NCBI GenBank assembly: GCA_964571795.1
Contig: CAZNDK010000002.1
Span: 47,466 to 111,465, forward strand
Direction: 5' to 3'
Length of the DNA: 64,000 bases
From: an uncultured Gemmatimonadaceae bacterium
GTDB taxonomy: Bacteria > Gemmatimonadota > Gemmatimonadetes > Gemmatimonadales > GWC2-71-9
The notes beneath the pieces were generated by a model. The model was not told where the DNA came from. It did not search any database and saw nothing but the letters and a program-made list of their open reading frames with translations. A program made the translations under genes and the position numbers. Shown here in pieces: positions 39,742 to 48,950 of the stretch; position 1 is the first letter of the stretch, and every line of letters starts with the position of its first letter.

Positions 39742-39791
39742 GCGGGCCCGGCCACGTTGCGGCCCCCCGCCGTTATGGGTAGCGTAGTCGG

Positions 39792-40697
39792 ATGAATATC
39801 GAACTGCTCGGCGTGCCCATGGACCTCGGTTCCGGCCGGCGCGGCGTGGACATGGGTCCGTCCGCCCTCCGGATTGCCGGCGTCGCCTCCGCCCTCGCCG
39901 CCCACGGCCACCGGGTGGTGGACGGCGGCGACCTCGACATCAAGAACATGGAGGAGATCCCCATCGGGAGCCGGCGGGCCCGGTACCTGGGGGAGATTGC
40001 CCGCGCGTCGAACCTGCTCAGCAAGGCGGTGGAGCGGATCTGCGAGCGCAAGCGGTTCCCGCTGGTGCTGGGAGGGGACCACTCGATCGCGATCGGGACG
40101 ATTTCCGGCGTCGCGTCGTTCTGCCGGAAGCACAAGAAGCGGCTGGGGCTCCTCTGGGTGGATGCGCACAGCGACATCCACGTGCCGAAGACCTCGCCCT
40201 CGGGCAACATCCACGGGATGCCGCTGGCCGCGCTGTTCGGCCTGGGCCCGAAGGAGTTGACCGCGGTCGGCGGCGACGAGCCGAAGCTCGACCCCACGCG
40301 GGTGGCGCTGGTCGGCATCCGGAGCCTGGAGGACGGCGAGCGGCGGCACCTGCACGACCTGGGCATCCGGGTCTACACGATGTCGGAGATCGATCGCGAC
40401 GGCATCCACACCGTGATGAGCGACGCGCTGGCCCGCGTCACCGACGGCACGGACTGCCTGCACGTGAGCTTCGACCTCGACGCGGTGGACCCCGCGCTGG
40501 CGCCAGGCGTCGGCACTCCGGTCAAGGGTGGGCTCGACTACCGCGAGGCGCACCTGATCATGGAGCTCATCGCCGCGTCGAAGCGGATGACGTCGATGGA
40601 AGTGGTGGAGGTCAACCCGATCCTCGACGAGCGCAACCGCTCCGCGGTGCTGGCGGTGGAACTGCTGGAATCGGCGTTCGGCAAGCGGATTCTGTAG
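39792..40697 (+). CDS. rocF: arginase
   Basis: Close resemblance to RocF along the whole length: GVPMDLGSGRRGVDMGPSA, LVLGGDHSIAIGT, VDAHSDIH, SPSGNIHGMPLA, SFDLDAVDP, EVNP. Confidence 0.9.
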   Translation: MNIELLGVPMDLGSGRRGVDMGPSALRIAGVASALAAHGHRVVDGGDLDIKNMEEIPIGSRRARYLGEIARASNLLSKAVERICERKRFPLVLGGDHSIAIGTISGVASFCRKHKKRLGLLWVDAHSDIHVPKTSPSGNIHGMPLAALFGLGPKELTAVGGDEPKLDPTRVALVGIRSLEDGERRHLHDLGIRVYTMSEIDRDGIHTVMSDALARVTDGTDCLHVSFDLDAVDPALAPGVGTPVKGGLDYREAHLIMELIAASKRMTSMEVVEVNPILDERNRSAVLAVELLESAFGKRIL

Positions 40698-40730
40698 GGC
40701 GAAGGCATTTCCCGTTCCCGAGGTCGTGTC

Positions 40731-42854
40731 ATGACAACCCCAGCGCCCCATCGGTCGGCAGTCGGGGCCCGCCTCATGGCCTTCGTCGGGCTCGTGTTGC
40801 TCTTCCTCAGCGCCGTGCTGATCGACGTCAGCCACGGACTCTTCAACGCCGACGACTTCGCCAACCGGGCCGCCTCGAGCCTCGGGGACGAACGGGTGTC
40901 CTCCTTCGTCGCGGCCAAGATCACCGACGTCGTCATCGCCCAGCGTCCTGACCTCACTGCGGTGCGCCCGCTCCTCGTGGGCACCGCCGAGGGGCTGGTG
41001 GGCAGCGCGCCCTTCCGGGCCGTGGCGCGGACCGCCCTCAAGTCGGCGCACCGGGCGTTCTTTTCCCGCACCGGCGAGGATGTGCTGCTGTCGGTGCCGG
41101 ATGTCGGCGTGCTGGTCCAGAGCGCCCTCGGCGGGATGAACCCGGAGCTCGCGGCCAAGGTCCCGAAGCGCCTCGAGACGGTCGTCGCCAAGCTGCCCCA
41201 GAGCAAGCTCGGCGCCACGGTCGTGATGGTGCGGCGGACGCTGACCCAGGTGGCCTGGCTGCAGCGCGGGCTGTTCCTGCTGAGTGTCGCCCTCATCGTC
41301 GGCGGCATCCTGGCGCATCCGGAGCGGCGCCAGGGCCTGATGCGCGCCGGCGTGGGGCTCGTGGTGGTGGCCCTGCTGCTGGCCATCGTGGTCCCGGCGG
41401 GGCGCCTGGTGGCGCTTGCCGTCACCCAGGATCCTGCGGCGCGCGGGGCGGTGTTCGGGGTCTGGCGCGCGTACTTCATGCCGCTGCTCGGGTTCATCTA
41501 CTGGTTCGGCGGCACCGGGGTGATTCTTGCCGCCGCCTCCAACTCCCTGCACGAGAAGACCGATCCGTTCGAGGGCCTGCGGCGGCTGGCACGCCTGCTG
41601 GCCGACCCGCCCACCAAGCGCGGCCAGCGGATCGGCTGGATCCTCGGGGTCGCGGCGGCGGGCGCCGTGGTGCTGGTGTGGCCGTCGAGCGTGGTGAGCG
41701 TCGTGGCGGTCATCGGCGGGCTGCTGCTGGTGTTCGCCGCGCTTCGGGAGCTGTTCCGCCTGCTCCTCGAGAATGTGCCGGAGCACGCCGGGTCGGCGCG
41801 CAGCGCGGCGGGCCGGCGGTGGCCGCTCCGGGCCGCGGCGGCGTTCGTGGTGCCCGCGGCCCTGATGGCGCTGCTCTTCTTCTGGCGCCGGCCGATGGAC
41901 CAGCCGGTCATCGCGAGCGAAATCAGCGCCTGCAACGGCGCCCCGGAGCTCTGCGACCGCCGCATCGACCAGGTGTCCTTCCCGGCGGCCCACAACGCGA
42001 TGTCGAACGCCGAGATTCCGGGATGGATGTTCCCGCACCACTCGGTGGCGTTCCCCGGGCAGCTGCAGAACGGCGTGCGCGCCCTCCTGATCGATATCCA
42101 TTACGGATTTCCGGGCGCGGCGCGGATCAAGACCGACCTCGAAGGCGAGGGCGCGACGCGCGAGAAGCTGGTCGGTGCGGTCGGCGAGGAGGGGTTCGAG
42201 GCGGCGCAACGGATCCGGGACCGCCTGGTCGGGGTCGATGAAGGGCACCGCGGCCTGTACTTCTGCCACGGCTTCTGCGAACTCGGCGCGTACGAGGTGG
42301 TGCCGGCGCTGCGCGGCATCCGCGACTGGCTGGTGGTCAACCCGGGCGAGGTGCTCCTCATCGTGATCGAGGATTACGTGACGCCGGAGGAGATCGCCAA
42401 GGCCTTCGAGGACAGCGGGCTGATGGAGTTCGTGTACACCGGGCCGATTACCCCGTGGCCCACGCTGCGCTCAATGATCCTGGCGGGCGGACGGGTGCTG
42501 GTGTTCACGGAATCGGGCAAGCCCGGCGTGCCCTGGCTGCACCCGGCCTTCGAGAGCTTCCAGGAAACTCCGTACACCTTCCACACGCCGGAGGAGTTTT
42601 CCTGCAAGCCAAACCGCGGCGGCACCTCCGGCACGCTGTTCCAGGTCAACCACTGGATCGAGACGACCCCGGCACCCCGTCCCAGTAACGCCGAAATGGT
42701 GAACAGTTACGACATGCTGATGAAGCGGGCGCGGGCTTGTGAGAAGGAGCGGGGGCTCAAGCCGACCTACATCGGCGTGGATTTCGCGGACATCGGCGAC
42801 ATCGTGAAGGCGACGCGGGCAATGAACGGGCTGGATACGGCAGGCGTGAAGTAG
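40731..42854 (+). CDS. multi-TM membrane protein with C-terminal PLC-like phosphodiesterase (PI-PLC X-type) domain
   Basis: N-terminal ~380 aa carry about 7-8 hydrophobic segments. The C-terminal domain has SFPAAHNAMSN...ALLIDIHYG and FQVNHW, typical of PLC-like phosphodiesterases. Confidence 0.65.
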   Translation: MTTPAPHRSAVGARLMAFVGLVLLFLSAVLIDVSHGLFNADDFANRAASSLGDERVSSFVAAKITDVVIAQRPDLTAVRPLLVGTAEGLVGSAPFRAVARTALKSAHRAFFSRTGEDVLLSVPDVGVLVQSALGGMNPELAAKVPKRLETVVAKLPQSKLGATVVMVRRTLTQVAWLQRGLFLLSVALIVGGILAHPERRQGLMRAGVGLVVVALLLAIVVPAGRLVALAVTQDPAARGAVFGVWRAYFMPLLGFIYWFGGTGVILAAASNSLHEKTDPFEGLRRLARLLADPPTKRGQRIGWILGVAAAGAVVLVWPSSVVSVVAVIGGLLLVFAALRELFRLLLENVPEHAGSARSAAGRRWPLRAAAAFVVPAALMALLFFWRRPMDQPVIASEISACNGAPELCDRRIDQVSFPAAHNAMSNAEIPGWMFPHHSVAFPGQLQNGVRALLIDIHYGFPGAARIKTDLEGEGATREKLVGAVGEEGFEAAQRIRDRLVGVDEGHRGLYFCHGFCELGAYEVVPALRGIRDWLVVNPGEVLLIVIEDYVTPEEIAKAFEDSGLMEFVYTGPITPWPTLRSMILAGGRVLVFTESGKPGVPWLHPAFESFQETPYTFHTPEEFSCKPNRGGTSGTLFQVNHWIETTPAPRPSNAEMVNSYDMLMKRARACEKERGLKPTYIGVDFADIGDIVKATRAMNGLDTAGVK

Positions 42855-42855
42855 C

Positions 42856-42893
42856 GAGGACTGAGGGCCGAGGACTGAGGACTGAGGACTGAG
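42856..42893 (+). repeat. one-armed (GAGGACT)n heptamer array, 5.4 units
   Basis: GAGGACT GAGGGCC GAGGACT GAGGACT GAGGACT GAG. Starts 2 nt after the upstream stop and ends 10 nt before the GMC gene ATG. Confidence 0.85.
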
Positions 42894-42903
42894 AAAGAGC
42901 GCA

Positions 42904-44595
42904 ATGTCAGACATATTGGATTTCGTCATCGTTGGGTCAGGGTTCGGTGGGAGCGTTTCGGCCCTCCGGTTGACCGAAAAGGGATACCGCGTGCGGGTGC
43001 TGGAGCGCGGGAAGCGCTTCCGCGACGAGGACTTTGCCCGCACCAACTGGAACGTCCGGAAGGCCCTGTGGGCGCCGGCGCTCCGCTGCTTCGGCATCCT
43101 GCAGATCAGCCCATTCCGCGACGTCTTCGTCTTGCACGGCGCGGGCGTCGGGGGCGGGAGCCTGGGCTATGCCAACGTCCTGATGGCGCCGGGCGATGAG
43201 ATGTTCCAGGCGCCGGCCTGGCGCCACCTTGCCGACTGGAAGTCGCTGCTCGACCCGCACTACGACACCGCGCGCCGGATGCTCGGCGTGGCAGTGAACC
43301 CGCGCACCTGGCCGGCCGACATCCTGCTCAAGGAAATCGCCACCGAGCTCGGCACGGCGGACACCTGGCAGTCCACGCCGGTCGGCACCTTCTTCGGGGT
43401 GCCCGACGAGGAGGGCGAGGAGGTGCCCGACCCCTACTTCGGCGGCGAGGGCCCGGCTCGCTCGGGGTGCATCCATTGCGGCGGCTGCATGGTGGGGTGC
43501 CGGTACAACGCCAAGAACACACTGGTCAAGAATTACCTCTACCTGGCCGAGAAGTGGGGCGCGGAGGTGGAAGCGGAGGCGGAGGTGCGGGACATCGTGC
43601 CGCTCCCGGCCGGGCAGCCCGACGGGGCGCGCTACGAAGTGGTGTACCGCTCGGCGTCCGCACTCCTGTTCAAGGGGGAGCGGCGAATCCGCACCCGCAA
43701 CGTGATCGCCGCCGCCGGGGCCCTCGGCACGCTCCGGCTCCTCTTCCGCTGCCGGGACGTGACGGGGTCCTTGCCGAAGATTTCCCAGCGACTGGGCGAC
43801 CTGGTCCGCACCAACAACGAGTCGCTGCTCGGCGTCATCGCGCGCGACGACACGGCGGACTACTCGCAGGGCATCGCCATCACCTCCATCGTGCACGCCG
43901 ACCCGATCACCACGATCGAGCCGGTGCGCTACTCGGCGGGCTCCTCGATGATGCGGCTCCTGACCGGCCCGATCATCGACGGCGGGAGCGGGCTCTCGCG
44001 GCTGGCGCGCTCGGTGTGGGAAATCCTCTCGCGCCCCGCCGACTTTGCCCGCACCCACTTCCGGTCGCGCTGGGCCCAGCGCACCACGATCATCCTCGCC
44101 ATGCAGACCGACGACACCAAGCTCCGGTTCCGGTTCGGGCGGAGTTTCTTCACTCTGTTCCGGCGGGGGCTGGTGTCGCACCCGGACCCCGAGAGCGGGC
44201 ATCCGTCGGCCATCGAGATCAGCCGCAAGGTGACGCGGCGGTTCGCCGAGAAGATCGACGGCATTCCTGCGGGCTCGATCAACGAGAGCCTGCTCGGCAT
44301 CCCGATGACGGCGCACATCCTGGGCGGCTGCCCGTTCGGCACCAGCGCAGCCGACGGGGTGGTGGGCCTCGACTGCCAGGTGCACAACTATCCCGGCCTG
44401 TACGCAATTGATGGCTCGATCGTGCCGGCCAATCCGGGCGTCAACCCGAGCCTCACCATCACCGCGCTGGCGGAATACGCCATGAGCCGGGTGCCCGACA
44501 AGCCGGGCGCCAAGGCGCGCACTCCGATCGGTGTGGAGGGGACAGCAGCAGGGGCTCGGGGCGAAGCGTTGGCCGCAGCGATGACCGGGGACTGA
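42904..44595 (+). CDS. GMC-family FAD oxidoreductase (cholesterol oxidase-like)
   Basis: FAD motif DFVIVGSGFGGSVSALRLTEKGYRVRVLERG. C-terminal HILGGCPFG and DGSIVPANPGVNP. Confidence 0.85.
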   Translation: MSDILDFVIVGSGFGGSVSALRLTEKGYRVRVLERGKRFRDEDFARTNWNVRKALWAPALRCFGILQISPFRDVFVLHGAGVGGGSLGYANVLMAPGDEMFQAPAWRHLADWKSLLDPHYDTARRMLGVAVNPRTWPADILLKEIATELGTADTWQSTPVGTFFGVPDEEGEEVPDPYFGGEGPARSGCIHCGGCMVGCRYNAKNTLVKNYLYLAEKWGAEVEAEAEVRDIVPLPAGQPDGARYEVVYRSASALLFKGERRIRTRNVIAAAGALGTLRLLFRCRDVTGSLPKISQRLGDLVRTNNESLLGVIARDDTADYSQGIAITSIVHADPITTIEPVRYSAGSSMMRLLTGPIIDGGSGLSRLARSVWEILSRPADFARTHFRSRWAQRTTIILAMQTDDTKLRFRFGRSFFTLFRRGLVSHPDPESGHPSAIEISRKVTRRFAEKIDGIPAGSINESLLGIPMTAHILGGCPFGTSAADGVVGLDCQVHNYPGLYAIDGSIVPANPGVNPSLTITALAEYAMSRVPDKPGAKARTPIGVEGTAAGARGEALAAAMTGD

Positions 44596-44614
44596 GGACT
44601 GAGGACTGAGGGAG
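44587..44614 (+). repeat. one-armed (GAGGACT)n heptamer array, 4 units
   Basis: GGGGACT GAGGACT GAGGACT GAGGGAG. Contains the GMC gene stop codon (44593-44595) and ends 19 nt before the next ATG. Confidence 0.85.
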
Positions 44615-44633
44615 ATCAGCGGGAGGGGTTGTC

Positions 44634-45119
44634 ATGACGTTGACGCTCACCTCCACCGCGTTCGAGCACGGCGGCGAAATTCCCGCGCGCTGCACCTGCG
44701 AGGGGAAGAATGCTGCCCCCGACCTGGCCTGGAGTGGCGTGCCGGCGGGAACGAAGAGCCTGGCGCTCATCGTGGACGATCCCGACGCGCCCGACCCCAC
44801 GGCGCCGAAGCGGACCTACGTGCACTGGGTGCTGTACGACATGCCGCCGGACACGAAGGGACTGCCGGAGGGCGTCACGTCGGCAGGCCTGCCGGCGGGC
44901 GCGCGCGAGGGGCTCAACGACTGGAAGCGCACCGGCTACGGCGGTCCCTGTCCGCCGATCGGCCGCCACCGGTATTTTCACAAGCTCTACGCGCTCGACG
45001 TGACCCTGCCCGACCTCGGGACGCCGGGCAAGCCGGCGCTCGAGGCGGCCATGCAGGGCCACGTGCTCGCCAAGGCGGAATTGATGGGCACCTACCAGAA
45101 GAAGGGATCGACACGATGA
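44634..45119 (+). CDS. YbhB/YbcL-family PEBP (Raf kinase inhibitor-like) protein
   Basis: SD GGGAGGGG. LIVDDPDAP, HWVLYD, GYGGPCPPIGRHRYFHKLYALD. Confidence 0.85.
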   Translation: MTLTLTSTAFEHGGEIPARCTCEGKNAAPDLAWSGVPAGTKSLALIVDDPDAPDPTAPKRTYVHWVLYDMPPDTKGLPEGVTSAGLPAGAREGLNDWKRTGYGGPCPPIGRHRYFHKLYALDVTLPDLGTPGKPALEAAMQGHVLAKAELMGTYQKKGSTR

Positions 45120-45550
45120 TGAAGGACGCCCCCGACCACCTCGACGCCGACCTGATCCTGAAGCTGTACGACCTTCGGCGGGAGGAGTCGCTCCGGGCCG
45201 CGCGCGAAAAGCTGACCAGCGAGTTCTGGCCGAAGAACGCCAAGGAGGCGGTGGCCATCGTGGCGCTGGACCACCCGCTCAACCGGATCTACCGCCAGGT
45301 GTCCACCTACTGGGAAATGGTGTACCGCATGGCGCGGCACGGCATCATCCACGGCGATTTCCTGGTGGAGAACAACGGGGAGGGGATGCTGCTCTATGCG
45401 AAGGTCGAGCCCTATCTGACCGAGATTCGCGCCGCCAGCTCGCCGCGCTCGTTCCAGAACGCCGAATGGGTGGCCAAGGAGGTGCCGATGGGACGGGTCA
45501 TTTCCGAGCACATGCGGGCCCGGGTCAAGAAGACGCTCGCCGCCAAGTAA
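45116..45550 (+). CDS. hypothetical protein
   Basis: ATG overlaps the upstream stop (ATGA). 144 aa, natural composition. No family recognised. Confidence 0.5.
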   Translation: MMKDAPDHLDADLILKLYDLRREESLRAAREKLTSEFWPKNAKEAVAIVALDHPLNRIYRQVSTYWEMVYRMARHGIIHGDFLVENNGEGMLLYAKVEPYLTEIRAASSPRSFQNAEWVAKEVPMGRVISEHMRARVKKTLAAK

Positions 45551-45553
45551 CGC

Positions 45554-46303
45554 TCAGGCGAGCTGGGCACGGAGCGCGTCGCGCGCCGCCTGGATGGTGG
45601 CGCGGACGCGCTCCTTCAGTTGGGGCAGGTCGTCCTGGGTGAGCCCGGCGGTCTCGATGGGGGCAAGCACCTCGACCACGGCGCGGGCTGGGTTGAAGCG
45701 CCAGTCGTGCTTGGGGAGCGCAGTACGGGTGCCGGCCACCGCCAGCGGCAGAATCGGCACGCCGGCCTCGATGGCCAGGCGGAATGCGCCGTCCTTGAAG
45801 GGGAGCATGTTCCCGTCGATGGAGCGGGTCCCCTCCGGGAAGAAGATGACAGACACTCGGTTCCGGAGCGACGCGCGGCAGCGCTCCATCGCCTCGACGG
45901 CGCTGGGGCCGAAGCCCCGCTTCACGGGAATGTCGCCCGCCATCCGCATCATCCACCCGATCAATGGAATCTTGAGGATCTCCACCTTGGAGAGCCACTT
46001 CATCTCGAAGGGGAGATGGCTGATGAGCAGGATGTCGGCAAAGGACTCGTGGTTCGACACGATCACGTAGGGATGCCGCGGGTTCTCGACCCGCAGGCCG
46101 GCCCGACTGAAACGCCAGTAGGGATTGACGGTGGCCATGGCCACGCCGAGCCGCCGGAACCACCATCCGATGACATAGCGGCCCTTGTCGAACGGGACGG
46201 TCACCAGGTACATGAGGACCATCGTGGGGAACCAGAGGATGATCACGATGGCAATGCCGAGCCAGGCCCAGGCGGAGCCGATGGTTTGGAGGAAACGACG
46301 CAT
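45554..46303 (-). CDS. plsC: 1-acyl-sn-glycerol-3-phosphate acyltransferase
   Basis: HxxxxD box SNHESFAD and FPEGTRS. N-terminal TM. Confidence 0.85.
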   Translation of the reverse strand: MRRFLQTIGSAWAWLGIAIVIILWFPTMVLMYLVTVPFDKGRYVIGWWFRRLGVAMATVNPYWRFSRAGLRVENPRHPYVIVSNHESFADILLISHLPFEMKWLSKVEILKIPLIGWMMRMAGDIPVKRGFGPSAVEAMERCRASLRNRVSVIFFPEGTRSIDGNMLPFKDGAFRLAIEAGVPILPLAVAGTRTALPKHDWRFNPARAVVEVLAPIETAGLTQDDLPQLKERVRATIQAARDALRAQLA

Positions 46304-46316
46304 GCAGGGAATTTAG

Positions 46317-48464
46317 CTAGCGCAGGCGCTCGGTGCGGCTCCGGGCCCGATCGGATAGGGTCACATCCAGCGCGCCGGCGGCGTCGTCGAGCGTGACCCT
46401 GCCGCCCGTGGCCAGGGTCAGGATGCGGCCGGTGGCGTCGTGGATGACGGCCAGCGGATACTCGGTGGCGTTCCAGCGGACGGTGGAGGCGCCGCCCGCC
46501 CGCGACACACGCAGCTCGGTCGGGCGCGCCGCCGCGCGGGCGCCGGTGGTGACGAGCTCGGCGCGCTCGCCGCGGCTTTCGAGCCGTAGCCGCGCCAGCG
46601 ACCCGCGGACCATGCGGAGCGGCATGGCAAAGGCGAACTGCTCCTCGGCGTCGGGGGCATCGGCCACAGGAGTGGCGCTAAAGGCCAGGCGGAAGGCCTC
46701 GCCACCGGCCGCGTCGAAGCCCACGAGGAGATTCGGGCCAGGGCTCGCCGGGAGCCGCGCCTCGGTGGTGGCCTCGAAGGCGGGCTCGAGGATCAGCTGG
46801 CCATTGCGGATGCGGCCCCACACGATCAGGCTCGGTTCCCGCACCGCGCCGACCTGGATGGGGGGAGCCAGCCCGCGATTGTTCATGACCCCCATGTAGG
46901 TGTAGTCGCTGATCCAGGTGTTGCTGCAGTAGCCCATGAGGTCGGTGTTGGTGGGCGGCTTGAGGGCGCCGGCCACCAGGTCGTAGCCCCACTGCCCCGT
47001 CACGCCGCCGGCGTAGGGATAGTTCGGGTCGGGGCTGGCCACGCCGCCGCAGGGGGCGTGCGAGCGCCCGAAGTTGTGCCCCAGCTCGTGCGCCGCCACG
47101 CCCGACGCGCTCGGCAGCTTGTCCCAGCCCACCGCCGCGCGGCCCGGCACATATCCGTACCCCGCAATCCCGCTCCCATACGGCACCGCGATGACGCCGT
47201 AATAGTTCCGCGTGCCGCCCTCGGCGGCCTGCAGTGCGTTGATCTGGTTCAGGATCCGGAGCCAGACACCGTTGCCGTCGCCCGACTGGATTTGCGCGGT
47301 GTCAGTGTAGGTGTACGCCGCACGCACATCCACGTTGACCGTGGCGAGCGGATGGATCCGCACCGTCTGGTCGGCGAACTGCGCGGCGTTGGCGGCCGTC
47401 ACGTTGCCGGTGGTGTTGTCGGCGGTGCGGCGGACCGGCACGAAGCGAAGGTCGAGCGTGGCCGCGGTGCGGAGACCGAGGTTGAGCGGCGTGCCGCTCA
47501 CCGGATAGCTGTTGTCGGCGTCGCTCGATTCGGGGATCAGGTTGGTCGGGTCCACGTCGAGCACGAGGTCGAGCCCGGTCTGGAGCAGCGAGGCGGGGAG
47601 CGCGGCGTTCCAGGTGCGGGAGAGCGTGGCCTGGCTGTTCACGGTGTCGGTGGGCACGCTGCCGGTGGGGGCGGCGATGGTCAGCGTCTGCACCAGCGTG
47701 CCGGCGCGGTAGAACCGCGCCCGGACCTCGGGCGCCACGGTGTTGGCCTGGTTGGCGAGAACGAACACACGGAGGAAACCGCCGCGCCCCGCCACGAGGG
47801 GCACGGCGCGGTTGTAGGTCTGCACGCTCTGCGTGATGTGGAAGCCGTCGATCCGCAGGTTGAGCGACACCGAGGCGCGGGCCACATAGGCCACCGACGC
47901 CGAGGCGGCGGCGCTGCTGGATACGGCAACCGTCTGGCTCGTCGGACTCGGGTCGTACATCGTCGTGGTGCCCACGGCCGCCGCGGCCACGGTGTAGCTG
48001 CCGGGGGCGAGGCCGGTGAGCGCCGCGCTGGCGGTCTGAGTGGACGAGTAGCCGCCGGGGCCGGTGATGGTGATGGCGGCGTTGGTGGCCGGCGGGAGTC
48101 CGCTCACGGTGAGGCTGAGCGATCCCGGGGTGGCGGTGTAGGACACCGCTGCCGAGGCGGCGCCGCCGGCGGATACCTGCACGGTCTGGGTGGCCGGGAG
48201 CGGCAGGTACGTGGCGCCGCCGGAGCTGACGCTCGAAGCGGTGACGGTGTAGGGGCCGGGGTCGAGGTCACTGAGCGTGGCCGACGTGGGCCCCACGGTC
48301 TGGGCAAAGCCGCCGGGGCCCGACACCGAAACGCTGGCCGCCGAGGCGGGCGGGAGCCCGGTTACCCCGATGGCGAGCGAGCCGACCGAGGGGCCGGAGG
48401 TGTCCTTGCCGCCGCAGGCGGCGAGCAGGGTCAGGAGCGCAATGGCGGGGATGTGGCGGGTCAC
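46317..48464 (-). CDS. secreted lipoprotein zinc metalloprotease with N-terminal Ig-like repeats
   Basis: GTG at 48464 gives lipobox LLTLLAACGG. Two repeats of the type GPGG(F/Y)..T....A.L..L.PG.YTV.A. Zinc site AAHELGHNFGRSHAPCGG. Confidence 0.75.
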   Translation of the reverse strand: MTRHIPAIALLTLLAACGGKDTSGPSVGSLAIGVTGLPPASAASVSVSGPGGFAQTVGPTSATLSDLDPGPYTVTASSVSSGGATYLPLPATQTVQVSAGGAASAAVSYTATPGSLSLTVSGLPPATNAAITITGPGGYSSTQTASAALTGLAPGSYTVAAAAVGTTTMYDPSPTSQTVAVSSSAAASASVAYVARASVSLNLRIDGFHITQSVQTYNRAVPLVAGRGGFLRVFVLANQANTVAPEVRARFYRAGTLVQTLTIAAPTGSVPTDTVNSQATLSRTWNAALPASLLQTGLDLVLDVDPTNLIPESSDADNSYPVSGTPLNLGLRTAATLDLRFVPVRRTADNTTGNVTAANAAQFADQTVRIHPLATVNVDVRAAYTYTDTAQIQSGDGNGVWLRILNQINALQAAEGGTRNYYGVIAVPYGSGIAGYGYVPGRAAVGWDKLPSASGVAAHELGHNFGRSHAPCGGVASPDPNYPYAGGVTGQWGYDLVAGALKPPTNTDLMGYCSNTWISDYTYMGVMNNRGLAPPIQVGAVREPSLIVWGRIRNGQLILEPAFEATTEARLPASPGPNLLVGFDAAGGEAFRLAFSATPVADAPDAEEQFAFAMPLRMVRGSLARLRLESRGERAELVTTGARAAARPTELRVSRAGGASTVRWNATEYPLAVIHDATGRILTLATGGRVTLDDAAGALDVTLSDRARSRTERLR

Positions 48465-48584
48465 GCGGGGAAACCGGGGCAACCCACATGCCGACTCTGG
48501 CTGGATACCGGAAGTAGTGCGGTCACAAGCGGTTGGACGAACGATGCGTGACCGCGCGCACACGGGGGATCAGGGCGGATTGCC

Positions 48585-48950
48585 CTACTCGGGGACCTTG
48601 TCCTCCCAGAGTGCAAAGATGTTCCCGTCGGGATCGGCCACCAGGGCCATGATGCCGAAGCCCTGCTGGGTTGGTTCGGCCATGAATTTCACGCCGCGCT
48701 GGTGCAGCCGCTCGCAGTAGTCGAGCAGGTCCTCGACGTGGAAGGTGACGCCGGTGTGGCGGCCCACCAGGGCCAGCGAGTCAGGGTGGACGGCCGGGTG
48801 CACGCCGAGCCGGGTTTCGCCGTCGAGGAACTCGGCGCCGAAGGAGCCCTGGCGGAGGAGCGGCAGGCCGAGGTGGTCGCGATAGAAGAGCAGCGCCCGG
48901 TCGAGGTCGGTCACGAACACGGCGACGCTGTAGAGGTGAGGCTGGGTCAT
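48585..48950 (-). CDS. VOC/glyoxalase-family protein
   Basis: 121 aa. VFVTDLDRALLFYRDHLGL and ADPDGNIFALWE, typical of the glyoxalase/bleomycin-resistance fold. Confidence 0.8.
   Translation of the reverse strand: MTQPHLYSVAVFVTDLDRALLFYRDHLGLPLLRQGSFGAEFLDGETRLGVHPAVHPDSLALVGRHTGVTFHVEDLLDYCERLHQRGVKFMAEPTQQGFGIMALVADPDGNIFALWEDKVPE

Noticed and set aside
39738-42269. 843-aa ORF on the minus strand, the longest ORF in this part of the track
   Set aside because: It is antisense to the arginase and PLC-like genes, which have clear catalytic motifs. Its translation is Arg/Pro/Gly/His-rich low-complexity sequence, typical of wrong-frame ORFs in GC-rich DNA. The same applies to 6267-8561(+), 3794-5383(-), 54355-56109(-), 57222-58856(-), 59754-61811(+), 62223-63935(-) and many others.
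42856-42893. Heptamer arrays considered as CRISPR or minisatellite-encoded peptide repeats
   Set aside because: The units are 7 nt with no spacers, so this is not CRISPR. The arrays lie outside or only at the very end of coding regions, and a 7-nt period cannot maintain a reading frame.
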